Source: Negativicutes bacterium
GTDB taxonomy: Bacteria; Bacillota; Negativicutes; UBA1444
NCBI GenBank assembly: GCA_963665275.2
Contig: CAXXIN010000003.1
Coordinates: 64,001-128,000, forward strand
Direction of reading: 5' to 3'
DNA: 64,000 nt
Below, one piece after another: positions 9,078-17,683 of this stretch. The position numbers and the translations under genes are program-made. The notes beneath the pieces are model-generated. The model worked only from the letters and a program-made list of their open reading frames with translations, was not told the origin of the DNA and did not search any database. The stretch's first letter is position 1. Every line of letters begins with the position of its first letter.

Positions 9078-10955
9078 ATCGAGTAGGAGGGGGCGGCGAG
9101 CCCCCGACCTCTCACACCACCGGACATGCGGGTCCGCATCCGGCGGTTCCCAAGGATTGACGAAGTTTTCCATAGTGTGCAAGCAAACTCAACAGCCCTT
9201 GACGTTCCCAATAGGTAACGTCGAGGGCATTATTTGTGTTGCGGGCCATGGCCCAGGGTCCCTTGCTGGATTTGGCCATCATCCACGCCGCCCACTCCGG
9301 TACGCCCAGCGCCCGGAGGTTTCGGAAACGTGTCCACGCCCTCTTCCATTGTTTCCAGAGGCACATGCGCAGTCGCCGCCGTAACCATTGGTCCAGTTCC
9401 CCGCAATGCTTCTTGGCCGATGCCACATGGAAATATCCAATCCAGCCCCGCAGATACTGGTTAACCTGCCGGATTCTTTCTTCCATCGCCACGGACCATG
9501 TTCGGTTCGTGAGTTGTCGGATTCTCTCCTTGCAACGCTCCAGCGTCTTTGGCGCTAACCGGATGGTTCCCGCTTTGTCGTTCAAGAAACTAAAGCCAAG
9601 AAACTTTCGCTTCCACGGTCGGTCTACTGCACTCTTCTCCCGGTTTACCTTGAGTTTGAGCTTGCCTTCCACAAACCGGACCACCGATTCCATCACCCGA
9701 ACTCCTGCCCGCCTGCTTCGCACGAACAAGTTGCAGTCGTCCGCGTAGCGGACGAACCGATGCCCGCGCCGCGCCAGTTCCCGGTCCAAGTCATCGAGCA
9801 GAATGTTCGACAATAGCGGACTCAACGGACCGCCCTGCGGCGTTCCCTCTGTTGTCCTACTTACTACGCCACATTCCATGACTCCGGCGCTTAAGTAACT
9901 GCGGATGAGTTTCAGAACTCGTTTGTCTCCCACTCTTCGCGCCACCCGCGCCATCAACATGTCGTGGTTGACCCGGTCGAAGAATTTCTCTAGGTCCATG
10001 TCCACGACAAACCGATAGCCTTCCCGGATGTGTTCCTGCGCCCGCCGGATTGCGTCATGCGACCGTTTCCCCGGCCGGAAGCCGTAGCTTTCCGGGCTGA
10101 AGTAAGGATCGAATATCTGGGTCAGTGTCTGCAGAAGGGCCTGCTGGATCAGGCGATCCAATACGGTTGGGATACCCAGCGCCCGCGTCCCGCCTCCGGG
10201 TTTTGGAATGTCCACCCGTTTCACGGGTTGCGGCCGGTAAGTTCCCGTTCGGAGCTGTTCTTTAGTTGTTTCCCAGTTGGTCTGGAGATATCCCGCCAGT
10301 GTGGCGGTATCCATCCCGTCGACGCCGGGAGCTCCTCCGTTTTGTTTCACCCGCTGGTAGGCGCGTTTCATGTTTTCCCGCTCCAGCGTTTTCTCCAGCA
10401 GTTCACCAGGGTCTTCGCGAGAGGGCAGGTCCACTTGTGCCGGTGATGGGCTCAGCGCTCCGGCATACTTTTGCGGCTTCACCGCTACTTTTTGCCGTAA
10501 GCCTTCTTCTGAAGTTGGCTGCTGTAATTGCTCATCACGCGAACGCATAGTTTCCCTCTCTTTCTTTGGGTTCGGCCCTTCCGGCGCGGCGTCCCGCTCT
10601 CCGTACTATGGCCTCGGCTGACTCCTGCGATTTCAGCGCCGCCTCACGGCGGCGGTTGCCGACTCAGTCGGCGTGACCGCAGGCCTCCCCGGATAAGAAC
10701 GTCATCTTTCCACTCATGCACCTGCCCAAGTTTACTGCTTCAGCCCTTGGCGGCTTCGGACTTCGTCTTCTCGTGCAGACTCGTCCGGCTGAAACAGCCT
10801 CAAATTGGGTTCGTATACCTCAGGTCGAGCATTTGCCTCCAGCTTCCTTCAGATTCCGTCTCGCGACGGACACCCTTGCTCTTGGCTAACGGTAGGCGCT
10901 CGCCAGCCCCCGCTCGGGACTTTCACCCTATAGACGACGCCCATGCCGGGCGTAC
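9078..10955 (-). mobile_element. Group II intron, bacterial class C (IIC)
   Basis: 5' GTACGCCCGGCATGGGCG; DV GAACCGCCGGATGCGGACCCGCATGTCCGGTGGTGTG (CGC triad); 3' ...CCTACTCGAT; inserted just after a stem-loop and T-tract. Confidence 0.93.
9112..10548 (-). CDS. ltrA: Group II intron reverse transcriptase/maturase (no endonuclease domain)
   Basis: GAPGVDG, GFRPG, DLEKFFD, GTPQGGPLSPLL, RYADD, thumb RGWIGYF. Confidence 0.95.
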   Translation of the reverse strand: MRSRDEQLQQPTSEEGLRQKVAVKPQKYAGALSPSPAQVDLPSREDPGELLEKTLERENMKRAYQRVKQNGGAPGVDGMDTATLAGYLQTNWETTKEQLRTGTYRPQPVKRVDIPKPGGGTRALGIPTVLDRLIQQALLQTLTQIFDPYFSPESYGFRPGKRSHDAIRRAQEHIREGYRFVVDMDLEKFFDRVNHDMLMARVARRVGDKRVLKLIRSYLSAGVMECGVVSRTTEGTPQGGPLSPLLSNILLDDLDRELARRGHRFVRYADDCNLFVRSRRAGVRVMESVVRFVEGKLKLKVNREKSAVDRPWKRKFLGFSFLNDKAGTIRLAPKTLERCKERIRQLTNRTWSVAMEERIRQVNQYLRGWIGYFHVASAKKHCGELDQWLRRRLRMCLWKQWKRAWTRFRNLRALGVPEWAAWMMAKSSKGPWAMARNTNNALDVTYWERQGLLSLLAHYGKLRQSLGTAGCGPACPVV

Positions 10956-10960
10956 ACACA

Positions 10961-10994
10961 AAAAGCTTCCAACCACGAATGGCTGGAAGCTTTT
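10961..10994. repeat. Palindrome A copy (terminator-like; intron target)
   Basis: aaaagcttccaaccacgaatggctggaagctttt. Confidence 0.85.
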
Positions 10995-11018
10995 ATATTT
11001 TGATCAATTCTGGTGATT

Positions 11019-11954
11019 TCATGTAATCACCATATATACAGGAATAGCAAACACTGCGAAAAGTGTTGTAATTGCCACCATTAAAGCTGCATATTCCGCG
11101 TCTGCTCCATATACCTTGGCAAGCACTGTATTATGACTCATGGCAGGCAAAGCGGCTTGAATAACAAAGACTTTTTTCATAAGTTCCGGAATTGGAAAAA
11201 AGAATACAACGATTAGAATGACTATAGGGGAGATCACAAATCTTCCGAGCAATATGGCCAGCAACTCATTGCTAAATTTTATTTTGTTTATTTGAATTCC
11301 AAATATTGTAATTCCAATAAACAGCATTGATAAAGGTGTGGTCATGCTTCCCAAATACTTGGTTGTGTTAATTGCAAAATCCGGCAAATGAATTCCGCAA
11401 AGTATCATGAATACTGCAACTGCAAAACCAACAAGTGGCGGAGAGCATACTCTCTTTACTGTTTTAAGACTCAGGATTTTCGCCGGAACCGCAGTTCCGT
11501 CCAAACTGATTGAATAATTGCCAATTGTCCAAAACAGAATAGCATTTGCGAGAAAGTATACCAAGACATAAGGAATGCTCTTTTCACCGAATAATGCCAA
11601 ATTAACCGGCACACCAACAAATACCGAGCTGGAGCAAAAGAAAATTGATCTGAAAGTTCCTGCTCTATTGGCAGGCAATTGTAGAGCCTTTGAAAGCAGA
11701 AAAGCTATGGCGAAACTGATAAGCATTGATATTATTGGAACGGCGATTCCATTAAGCATAAGTAAAAAGGCTGATTTATCAAAGGTGGTCAATAAATTCC
11801 AAATCATATATGTCGGCAATGCAACGTAATTTATCAATTGGGGTAGCAATTTTGAATTTTCTTGATTAAACCATCCTTTTGCAGCCAGGATATACCCTAT
11901 TGAAACCATTATGATAATGCTGACCAGCCCTTCCATCGCATGAAAAAATACCAA
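11019..11954 (-). CDS. AEC (auxin efflux carrier) family transporter
   Basis: About ten TMs, YVALP, VGVP, TTPLSMLFIG, QAALPA. Confidence 0.88.
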   Translation of the reverse strand: MVFFHAMEGLVSIIIMVSIGYILAAKGWFNQENSKLLPQLINYVALPTYMIWNLLTTFDKSAFLLMLNGIAVPIISMLISFAIAFLLSKALQLPANRAGTFRSIFFCSSSVFVGVPVNLALFGEKSIPYVLVYFLANAILFWTIGNYSISLDGTAVPAKILSLKTVKRVCSPPLVGFAVAVFMILCGIHLPDFAINTTKYLGSMTTPLSMLFIGITIFGIQINKIKFSNELLAILLGRFVISPIVILIVVFFFPIPELMKKVFVIQAALPAMSHNTVLAKVYGADAEYAALMVAITTLFAVFAIPVYMVIT

Positions 11955-12025
11955 TTTTCCCCCTCCTGCATTGTCAATGAAACATCTTCATTCCGCCTAA
12001 TAATTTATTACTGGCAAAAAGAAAC

Positions 12026-12418
12026 TCAATCCTTATAGTTTGGATAATAACACCCATTGATCATTTTCAATTCATCTGTATAGTTTTTGGCTTCCGTTGA
12101 ACTTACTGTTAGCTTGTCCTGAATCAGGTCTAAAATGCACTTTTTGCCTTCATTGTCGTACCCATCTACAAAAGCTAATGAAAGCAAATTGGAAAATACA
12201 ATCTGCCGGGTTCGACGGTCAGAGAAATTATTACAAAGCTGATCCAGGGATATTGGTTGTAACGAAACCTGAATTGGATTTATTGCCATTTCTTCAAGAT
12301 ACAAATTTATCAATTCTCGCTCAGTATATCCCAAGCAGCCATCAGATTTCGCGACTAAAAATGCCAGGTTTACAAAAGCATCTTTCTCGTGTTGTGTTTT
12401 TAAATCTGTCAAAAGCAT
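12026..12418 (-). CDS. TerB-like hypothetical protein
   Basis: LAFLVAKSDG...E and LAFVDG...E duplicated motifs. Confidence 0.6.
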   Translation of the reverse strand: MLLTDLKTQHEKDAFVNLAFLVAKSDGCLGYTERELINLYLEEMAINPIQVSLQPISLDQLCNNFSDRRTRQIVFSNLLSLAFVDGYDNEGKKCILDLIQDKLTVSSTEAKNYTDELKMINGCYYPNYKD

Positions 12419-12561
12419 TCTAATCCCTCCCTGATATTTTTGTTGACGTTAATTACTTCTGTGTGTATCATAATATCAAAGTTATAGTCATACATATAAT
12501 ACTAAATTACTTTATGATTCATAGGAAAAACTTATGTTAAGAAATATGGTGGGTAACGTTT

Positions 12562-13443
12562 ATGGATATAAAGCAGCTTAAATATTTTAGAGCCATTGTT
12601 GCAGAAGGCAATATTACCGGAGCAGCCACACGTTTATTTATGACGCAACCATCGCTAAGTCAACAACTGCATCTTCTTGAAAACGAGCTGGGTGTGAAGC
12701 TGGTTCAGAGAGGCAGCAGAAGGATTACCGTTACTGAAGCAGGTCGTTTATTAAATGACAGAGCTGGACAAATTTTAGACTTACTAAACGCCACCGCTTT
12801 GGAAGTAAAAGAGTTTCACGAAGGATATAAAGGCACATTGTCTATAGGAACAATTGCATCTTCCGGCGTGACACTATTGCCAAGCCTGATTCGGGACTAT
12901 CATCAACAATATCCTAATATCAATTTTCAATTATTGGAAGGTGATACCCCACGAATTTTGGATTTGTTGAAAAACGGTATAATTGAAATAGGCATTGTCC
13001 GAGCCGCTTTTGATGCAGAGCTTTATGATTGGGTGGACTTACCAACTGAACCAATGATTGCAGCCACTTCCCAAAAATGGAGTGGCGGAGATCACTCCCA
13101 ATATATTTCCATCAAGGATCTTGCAAACAAGCCATTACTGCTACATCGCAGCAATGAAACAATGATAATAGAATGCTGTCAGCGCGCTGGATTCCAACCC
13201 AACATTATCTGCAAGGGTGATGATGTCCGGTCTTTATTAGTTCTTGCCAATGAAGCGATTGGGCTTGCGATTGTGCCAAAATCCGCATTAGGTTTAGTCC
13301 CAGGCAATAATATAAAATATAGAGAGATTATTGATTCACCTTTAGAAATAAAGAAAGCAGCAGTCTGGTTGCGACAAAGATTCCTTTCCATTGCTGCAAA
13401 ACATTTTATTGATATGCTGCTATTACTCAAATCGAATTCTTAA
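12562..13443 (+). CDS. LysR family transcriptional regulator
   Basis: GNITGAATRLFMTQPSLSQQLHLLENELG HTH; divergent from TerB-like/AEC genes. Confidence 0.95.
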   Translation: MDIKQLKYFRAIVAEGNITGAATRLFMTQPSLSQQLHLLENELGVKLVQRGSRRITVTEAGRLLNDRAGQILDLLNATALEVKEFHEGYKGTLSIGTIASSGVTLLPSLIRDYHQQYPNINFQLLEGDTPRILDLLKNGIIEIGIVRAAFDAELYDWVDLPTEPMIAATSQKWSGGDHSQYISIKDLANKPLLLHRSNETMIIECCQRAGFQPNIICKGDDVRSLLVLANEAIGLAIVPKSALGLVPGNNIKYREIIDSPLEIKKAAVWLRQRFLSIAAKHFIDMLLLLKSNS

Positions 13444-13609
13444 ACAAAGAAAATGTCTACTCGTCCTTCCCCTGCCCCTTCCTCCCCAAATATCATCAGT
13501 AAATACCGTCATTTACCGGCACCCAGACTGGCACTTGATCACCAACCCAAGTCAAAACCTTCAATGCATTATTCACCAATCGTTCGCAGAAAGGATTGAG
13601 AAGTTTAGT

Positions 13610-14260
13610 ATGAGTAGTAATCAATCATATGGACCCTGTCCAAAGACTCCCCACCCGATGCCAGGGCATCCCCGAGTATGCTACATAAAGAATGTCGTCA
13701 AAAACCCTAATATCATAATTGGTGACTATACCTATTATGATGATCCGGAAAATCCCGAAGAATTCGAAAACAATGTCTTATACCACTACGACTTCATAGG
13801 CGACAAATTAATCATCGGAAAGTTTTGTGCCATAGCCACTGGTGTCAACTTCATTATGAACGGCGCCAATCACCAAATGGATGCTTTGACAACGTATCCA
13901 TTTGGTATATTTGGCTCAGGATGGGAAGTAGGACAACCTGCGTTGGCCGACCTACCAATCAAAGGGGATACAGTAATCGGCAACGATGTTTGGATTGGCT
14001 ACCAATCAGTTGTGATGCCCGGTGTCAAGATTGGCGACGGAGCAATTATCGCTGCAAAATCGATCGTAACAAAAGATGTTCCCCCATACACAATTGTTGG
14101 CGGCAATCCTGCCAAGTTCATCAAACAAAGGTTTGACGATCAAGTTGTTGCAAAGTTATTAGCTATCAAATGGTGGGATTGGTCTGTCGAAAAAATTACT
14201 CACAATATACCTTTCTTGGTTAGCAATGACATTGAACAACTTATGAAAATAGAAGAATAG
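13610..14260 (+). CDS. vat: Vat/CatB-family (streptogramin A-type) O-acetyltransferase, intact copy
   Basis: IIGDYTYYDD, IGKFCAIA, MNGANH, hexapeptide repeats, KWWDW; start after AAAGGA RBS, matching copy 1. Confidence 0.88.
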   Translation: MSSNQSYGPCPKTPHPMPGHPRVCYIKNVVKNPNIIIGDYTYYDDPENPEEFENNVLYHYDFIGDKLIIGKFCAIATGVNFIMNGANHQMDALTTYPFGIFGSGWEVGQPALADLPIKGDTVIGNDVWIGYQSVVMPGVKIGDGAIIAAKSIVTKDVPPYTIVGGNPAKFIKQRFDDQVVAKLLAIKWWDWSVEKITHNIPFLVSNDIEQLMKIEE

Positions 14261-14350
14261 GTTAAGCAAACAATCAAAATAATCCCCCAACACAAAAGGC
14301 TCCTCGGACGAAAATCCGAAGAGCCTTTTATCAACTATGCATATTGATTA

Positions 14351-15412
14351 CTATTTCAACAAATATTCAGCAGGACTATGAAATTCTCCTCCAGCCAGTT
14401 TCATCCGCACCACAGGAGCAGATTCAGCCAAATTCAATTTCTTTAAATCGATAGAGCGCAAACTCGGATTGTCTGCATCATAAAAATATATGACTTTGTT
14501 TTTGTGATCTCTTATGATCGTCCACAACGTGTAGTTATACGAACCCAAACCAGCGTATGCACTGGCTTCGACTCTTGCCTCCCCACGAACCACAGCCACC
14601 TTATTCATAATGGCGGTTGCGGTGGCAATCGCGGAGGGTAAACTCTGCGGTTCGTTCACGTATTTGTTAATCAAATACGCTTGCACGAAACGACGATCTT
14701 CATATATCACCACATCGTCATTAGACATCGCATTGGTATAATTGTTATATTTTTTCAAATTATTAATGTGCCAGTCATACGGGGGATCGTTTGTAACTAC
14801 TTTAATCGCGGAAATATCGTGGATTTTCATTTGACCATCGACAAATTCGATAACAATGCTCTCGCCGGTCTCGTCGCCGATGATTAAATGCTGCGGTGGA
14901 ATCATTTTGAGTTCTCCCGCATAATTGCCAGTAATGATTGTTTTTTGCAGCGCCTGTCGCAATTCAGCGATGTTAGAAAAATTCCCCAATACCCACTCAC
15001 TTGCGTATGTCAAAGGAATCACTTCACGGCTAGGATAACGTGCGGGCTCTGGATATTCTGCCCCTTCCATCCACTGCATCGCCACTGAGAGGCCCTTTTC
15101 ATTCAAACCATCACTAAAAACATCTCGTCCAAGCAGGTTAACGCCAACAAAACCATATTTTGTTTTCTTGTCGATTAAAATCCCTTCGGGATATTTCATC
15201 ATGGTCACGACGTGACCGGCAGGAACAACAACAATATCGGAATTCATCTCAATATCAAAATCCATATTGCGACCACTTACTACGTAGTTCCGCGAGTTTA
15301 GAAATACGCTTGTACAAGCTTCAGCCGGGAGCGCGGCGCCCCAGAAACTCAGAGTTAACGCAACCAGGCTATAAATGAAAAAATCCCGACGCTTGCTGAA
15401 TAAACAATTCAT
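14351..15412 (-). CDS. Linear amide C-N hydrolase (choloylglycine hydrolase/penicillin V acylase family), secreted
   Basis: Signal peptide then AEA-CTS (N-terminal nucleophile Cys), GRNMDF, DGLNEKGL, VTNDP. Confidence 0.9.
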   Translation of the reverse strand: MNCLFSKRRDFFIYSLVALTLSFWGAALPAEACTSVFLNSRNYVVSGRNMDFDIEMNSDIVVVPAGHVVTMMKYPEGILIDKKTKYGFVGVNLLGRDVFSDGLNEKGLSVAMQWMEGAEYPEPARYPSREVIPLTYASEWVLGNFSNIAELRQALQKTIITGNYAGELKMIPPQHLIIGDETGESIVIEFVDGQMKIHDISAIKVVTNDPPYDWHINNLKKYNNYTNAMSNDDVVIYEDRRFVQAYLINKYVNEPQSLPSAIATATAIMNKVAVVRGEARVEASAYAGLGSYNYTLWTIIRDHKNKVIYFYDADNPSLRSIDLKKLNLAESAPVVRMKLAGGEFHSPAEYLLK

Positions 15413-15452
15413 ATTACCCTTCCCCCGCAACATTGCCTCAATGCAGATTATT

Positions 15453-15926
15453 CTACTGGAGTACATTCCATTTTGTCTCAACAGCCTTTGTCACTTCGTT
15501 ATTATTGTCCTTTAGCATATTCCGCTGCGCGTTTAGTGACGTCACTAATAGCCCCTTATCCAGCATAGACGATAATTGATCTTGGTTCATTTGCAGCATC
15601 TGCTGTCGGGTGTATGTCATCAGTTGCTCTTTCGTTTCCTGCTTCGTCTGGGTTTTAAGAAAGCTTTGACCCATCGTCTTCACCTGCTCAGGAGTCATCA
15701 CCACCATCATTTTATCGATTGCCCTAATGTACATCATTAAAACCATCTGATCTTTAAGCGCCGTTATCGCATCTTTCTCATTCGTAATCATCTGTTCGCC
15801 TTTAATCAAATCATTCATTGTTTTCTCACCGCTTGTCATGACCGGAGCCGCCAATACTGTTCCCATACTTGTAACCACCATCAGGATAACAAGAACAACT
15901 GTGAATCGCTTTAACATAAGTAACAC
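15453..15926 (-). CDS. Secreted Met/Gln-rich hypothetical protein
   Basis: Signal peptide; upstream of and co-oriented with the hydrolase. Confidence 0.65.
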   Translation of the reverse strand: MLLMLKRFTVVLVILMVVTSMGTVLAAPVMTSGEKTMNDLIKGEQMITNEKDAITALKDQMVLMMYIRAIDKMMVVMTPEQVKTMGQSFLKTQTKQETKEQLMTYTRQQMLQMNQDQLSSMLDKGLLVTSLNAQRNMLKDNNNEVTKAVETKWNVLQ

Positions 15927-15979
15927 CCCTTATTTATTATTGTATTATTGATTTACGCTCTTTACCAAACGTTTTGGCA

Positions 15980-16090
15980 AAGCCTTTCTTTGTCCATGTT
16001 ATACGGTATCCGCTTAATTGAAAAGACATAAAGGAAAATCCGCAGGCTTTCGAGTAAAATTGGCAGGCTCGTCTGGACGATGGGAAAGCC
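15980..16090 (-). promoter_or_regulatory. Conserved ~110-bp promoter block, copy 2
   Basis: Similar to 655-765. Confidence 0.6.
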
Positions 16091-16113
16091 TAAAACCATT
16101 CTTCTCCCAACAG

Positions 16114-16150
16114 AAAAAGGCTTCCACCCACGAATGGCTGGAAGTCTTTT
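16114..16150. repeat. Palindrome A copy
   Basis: aaaaaggcttccacccacgaatggctggaagtctttt. Confidence 0.85.
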
Positions 16151-16201
16151 ATATTTTAATCTTATTCAACTGCGTTAGTATTTCATATTCTGCCTGACGA
16201 T

Positions 16202-16657
16202 TTATTTTATCCTTCTAACCACTTCGTTATACAAGATTTTTGCAAGATCGCCATCGAGTGCAGCCCAATGTGCATCGGCAGGAAGGGTCTCTTTTAGGAT
16301 AACCTTATCGTTTTTATCGAAAAAGCTGAATTCTGTGGCTCTGAATGTCCGATCATTGATTTTCATTTCCTGGACAATCAAAAGGTACTCCACGTCAACA
16401 AAAGGATTCACGCCGCCTTTGCTCCACGCTGCGGCTCGAGTCTTTTTCGAATTTTCATCAAATGTTGTTTTTATCTTGTAATTGGCGATGTCTTTATCCT
16501 TATTATATACAACTGTCGCCACGTCAAGGTTGAGTGTCGTCCCGCCTAGTTCGCCGATTTTAACATATTGGGGCTGACTACAGCCCGTCATAACTAACGC
16601 AACAATAATTAGAACAAACAACGAAACCAAAGAACACGCCTTTTTCATTTGTGACAC
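16202..16657 (-). CDS. Lipoprotein (surface-adhesin E-like)
   Basis: Lipobox VMTG-C; beta-rich body. Confidence 0.7.
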   Translation of the reverse strand: MSQMKKACSLVSLFVLIIVALVMTGCSQPQYVKIGELGGTTLNLDVATVVYNKDKDIANYKIKTTFDENSKKTRAAAWSKGGVNPFVDVEYLLIVQEMKINDRTFRATEFSFFDKNDKVILKETLPADAHWAALDGDLAKILYNEVVRRIK

Positions 16658-16688
16658 CCCTTACCCTTCGATTGTTGAAACAGATACT

Positions 16689-16712
16689 CCTCCAGCCGCA
16701 AATGGTTGAAGG
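16689..16712. repeat. Palindrome A, degenerate copy
   Basis: cctccagccgcaaatggttgaagg; same loop as the 5830 copy. Confidence 0.65.
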
Positions 16713-16740
16713 TCCTTGTTATTTTCACGACCCAAGATGT

Positions 16741-17247
16741 TCATTGCCGTATTAAGGCATAAATAAAAGAATCTGATACTATCCCATTTTTGTATATGCT
16801 ATTTTTCAACTTACCCTCCAATTGGAAGCCCGCCTTCTCAAGCACTCTAATAGACCCTGCATTATAGGAAAATATTTCTGCAAAAATCCTGACCACATCA
16901 TAAGATTGAAAGATTTCTCGGCACATTCGATTTACGGCTTCTGTCATAATTCCTTTGCCCCAGAAGTCTTCACCCAGCCAATACCCTATCTCGCAACATT
17001 TGCAGTGCACATCATCTTTGATAAAACACCCTATAACTCCAGCCGCTTCTTGATTTACAACAATGGCTCGAATGTATTGATTCTTTTCTTCGTTGTTCAT
17101 AGACTCATTTATAAAGCTTCTGGCATCCTCAACCGTATATGGATGCGGAAATATATTACGCAAGTTATTCGCTATATTATTGTTATTGGCATATTTCGCT
17201 ATGCTTATCGCATCAGAACTTTGCAGTTCTCTTAATTCAAAATCCAT
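16741..17247 (-). CDS. GNAT acetyltransferase, RimJ/RimL-type
   Basis: EIGYWLGEDFWGKGIMTEA, NAGSIRVLEKAGF. Confidence 0.92.
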   Translation of the reverse strand: MDFELRELQSSDAISIAKYANNNNIANNLRNIFPHPYTVEDARSFINESMNNEEKNQYIRAIVVNQEAAGVIGCFIKDDVHCKCCEIGYWLGEDFWGKGIMTEAVNRMCREIFQSYDVVRIFAEIFSYNAGSIRVLEKAGFQLEGKLKNSIYKNGIVSDSFIYALIRQ

Positions 17248-17332
17248 GCATTCGCCCTTCGCTTCTTTCGGAAAGTTTATGAAAGCATTTTATCATATCT
17301 GCGTTATCCGTCTCTACAATAGTCCTTTACAA

Positions 17333-17416
17333 TCGCTCACCAAATCGATCGCCAAAAACCTTAAACTGCATCAACAAATACAAAAGGCTTTCAGCCACGA
17401 ATGGCTGGAAGCCCTT
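17333..17416. repeat. Junction repeat: paired TC(A/G)CCAA arm-like sites + palindrome A, abutting the selC 3' duplicate
   Basis: tcgctcaccaaatcgatcgccaaa...caaaaggctttcagccacgaatggctggaagccctt. Confidence 0.85.
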
Positions 17417-17426
17417 ATATTTATTA

Positions 17427-17492
17427 TGGCGGGAGCGTGTAGGAATCGAACCCACCCAGGACGGGGTCACCGCCCCACACACGGTTTTGAAG
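17427..17492 (-). repeat. att direct repeat: 3' 66 bp of tRNA-Sec
   Basis: Identical to 23574-23639; identity starts at the anticodon loop (CTTCAAA). Confidence 0.95.
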
Positions 17493-17636
17493 TGTGAATC
17501 CGGTCATTTGGATAAAATTGGTATAGTGTAGAAGTGGCGAAACAAAGCCATTTTATCGATTTTTCTTTTTTGTGTATCCTAGCACGTTTTGGTACATTTT
17601 GCAAGATAGTGGCACACGAAATGGCACACGATTTTT

Positions 17637-17670
17637 GCCGGGATCGAACCGGCGACCTCTTGAATGCCAT
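17637..17670 (-). other. tRNA-Ala(GGC) fragment (anticodon loop to T-arm), att relic
   Basis: ATGGCATTCAAGAGGTC-GCCGG-TTCGATC-CCGGC: GGC anticodon and perfect T stem-loop. Confidence 0.8.
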
Positions 17671-17683
17671 GAATGCAGCATTC

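Noticed and set aside
9112-10548. Retron, DGR or defence-associated RT
   Set aside because: Has the group II intron maturase thumb and is enclosed by recognisable intron 5' end, DV and DVI.
4163-17416. CRISPR array made of the ~34-bp palindromes
   Set aside because: Copies are separated by 0.5-5 kb of genes, are degenerate, and no cas genes are present.
1-17426. Classical integron with attC sites
   Set aside because: No IntI in the window; palindrome A lacks RYYYAAC...GTTRRRY ends; weak AAC/GTT candidates (about 6560-6605, 7145-7245, 21660-21700) do not form convincing attC folds.
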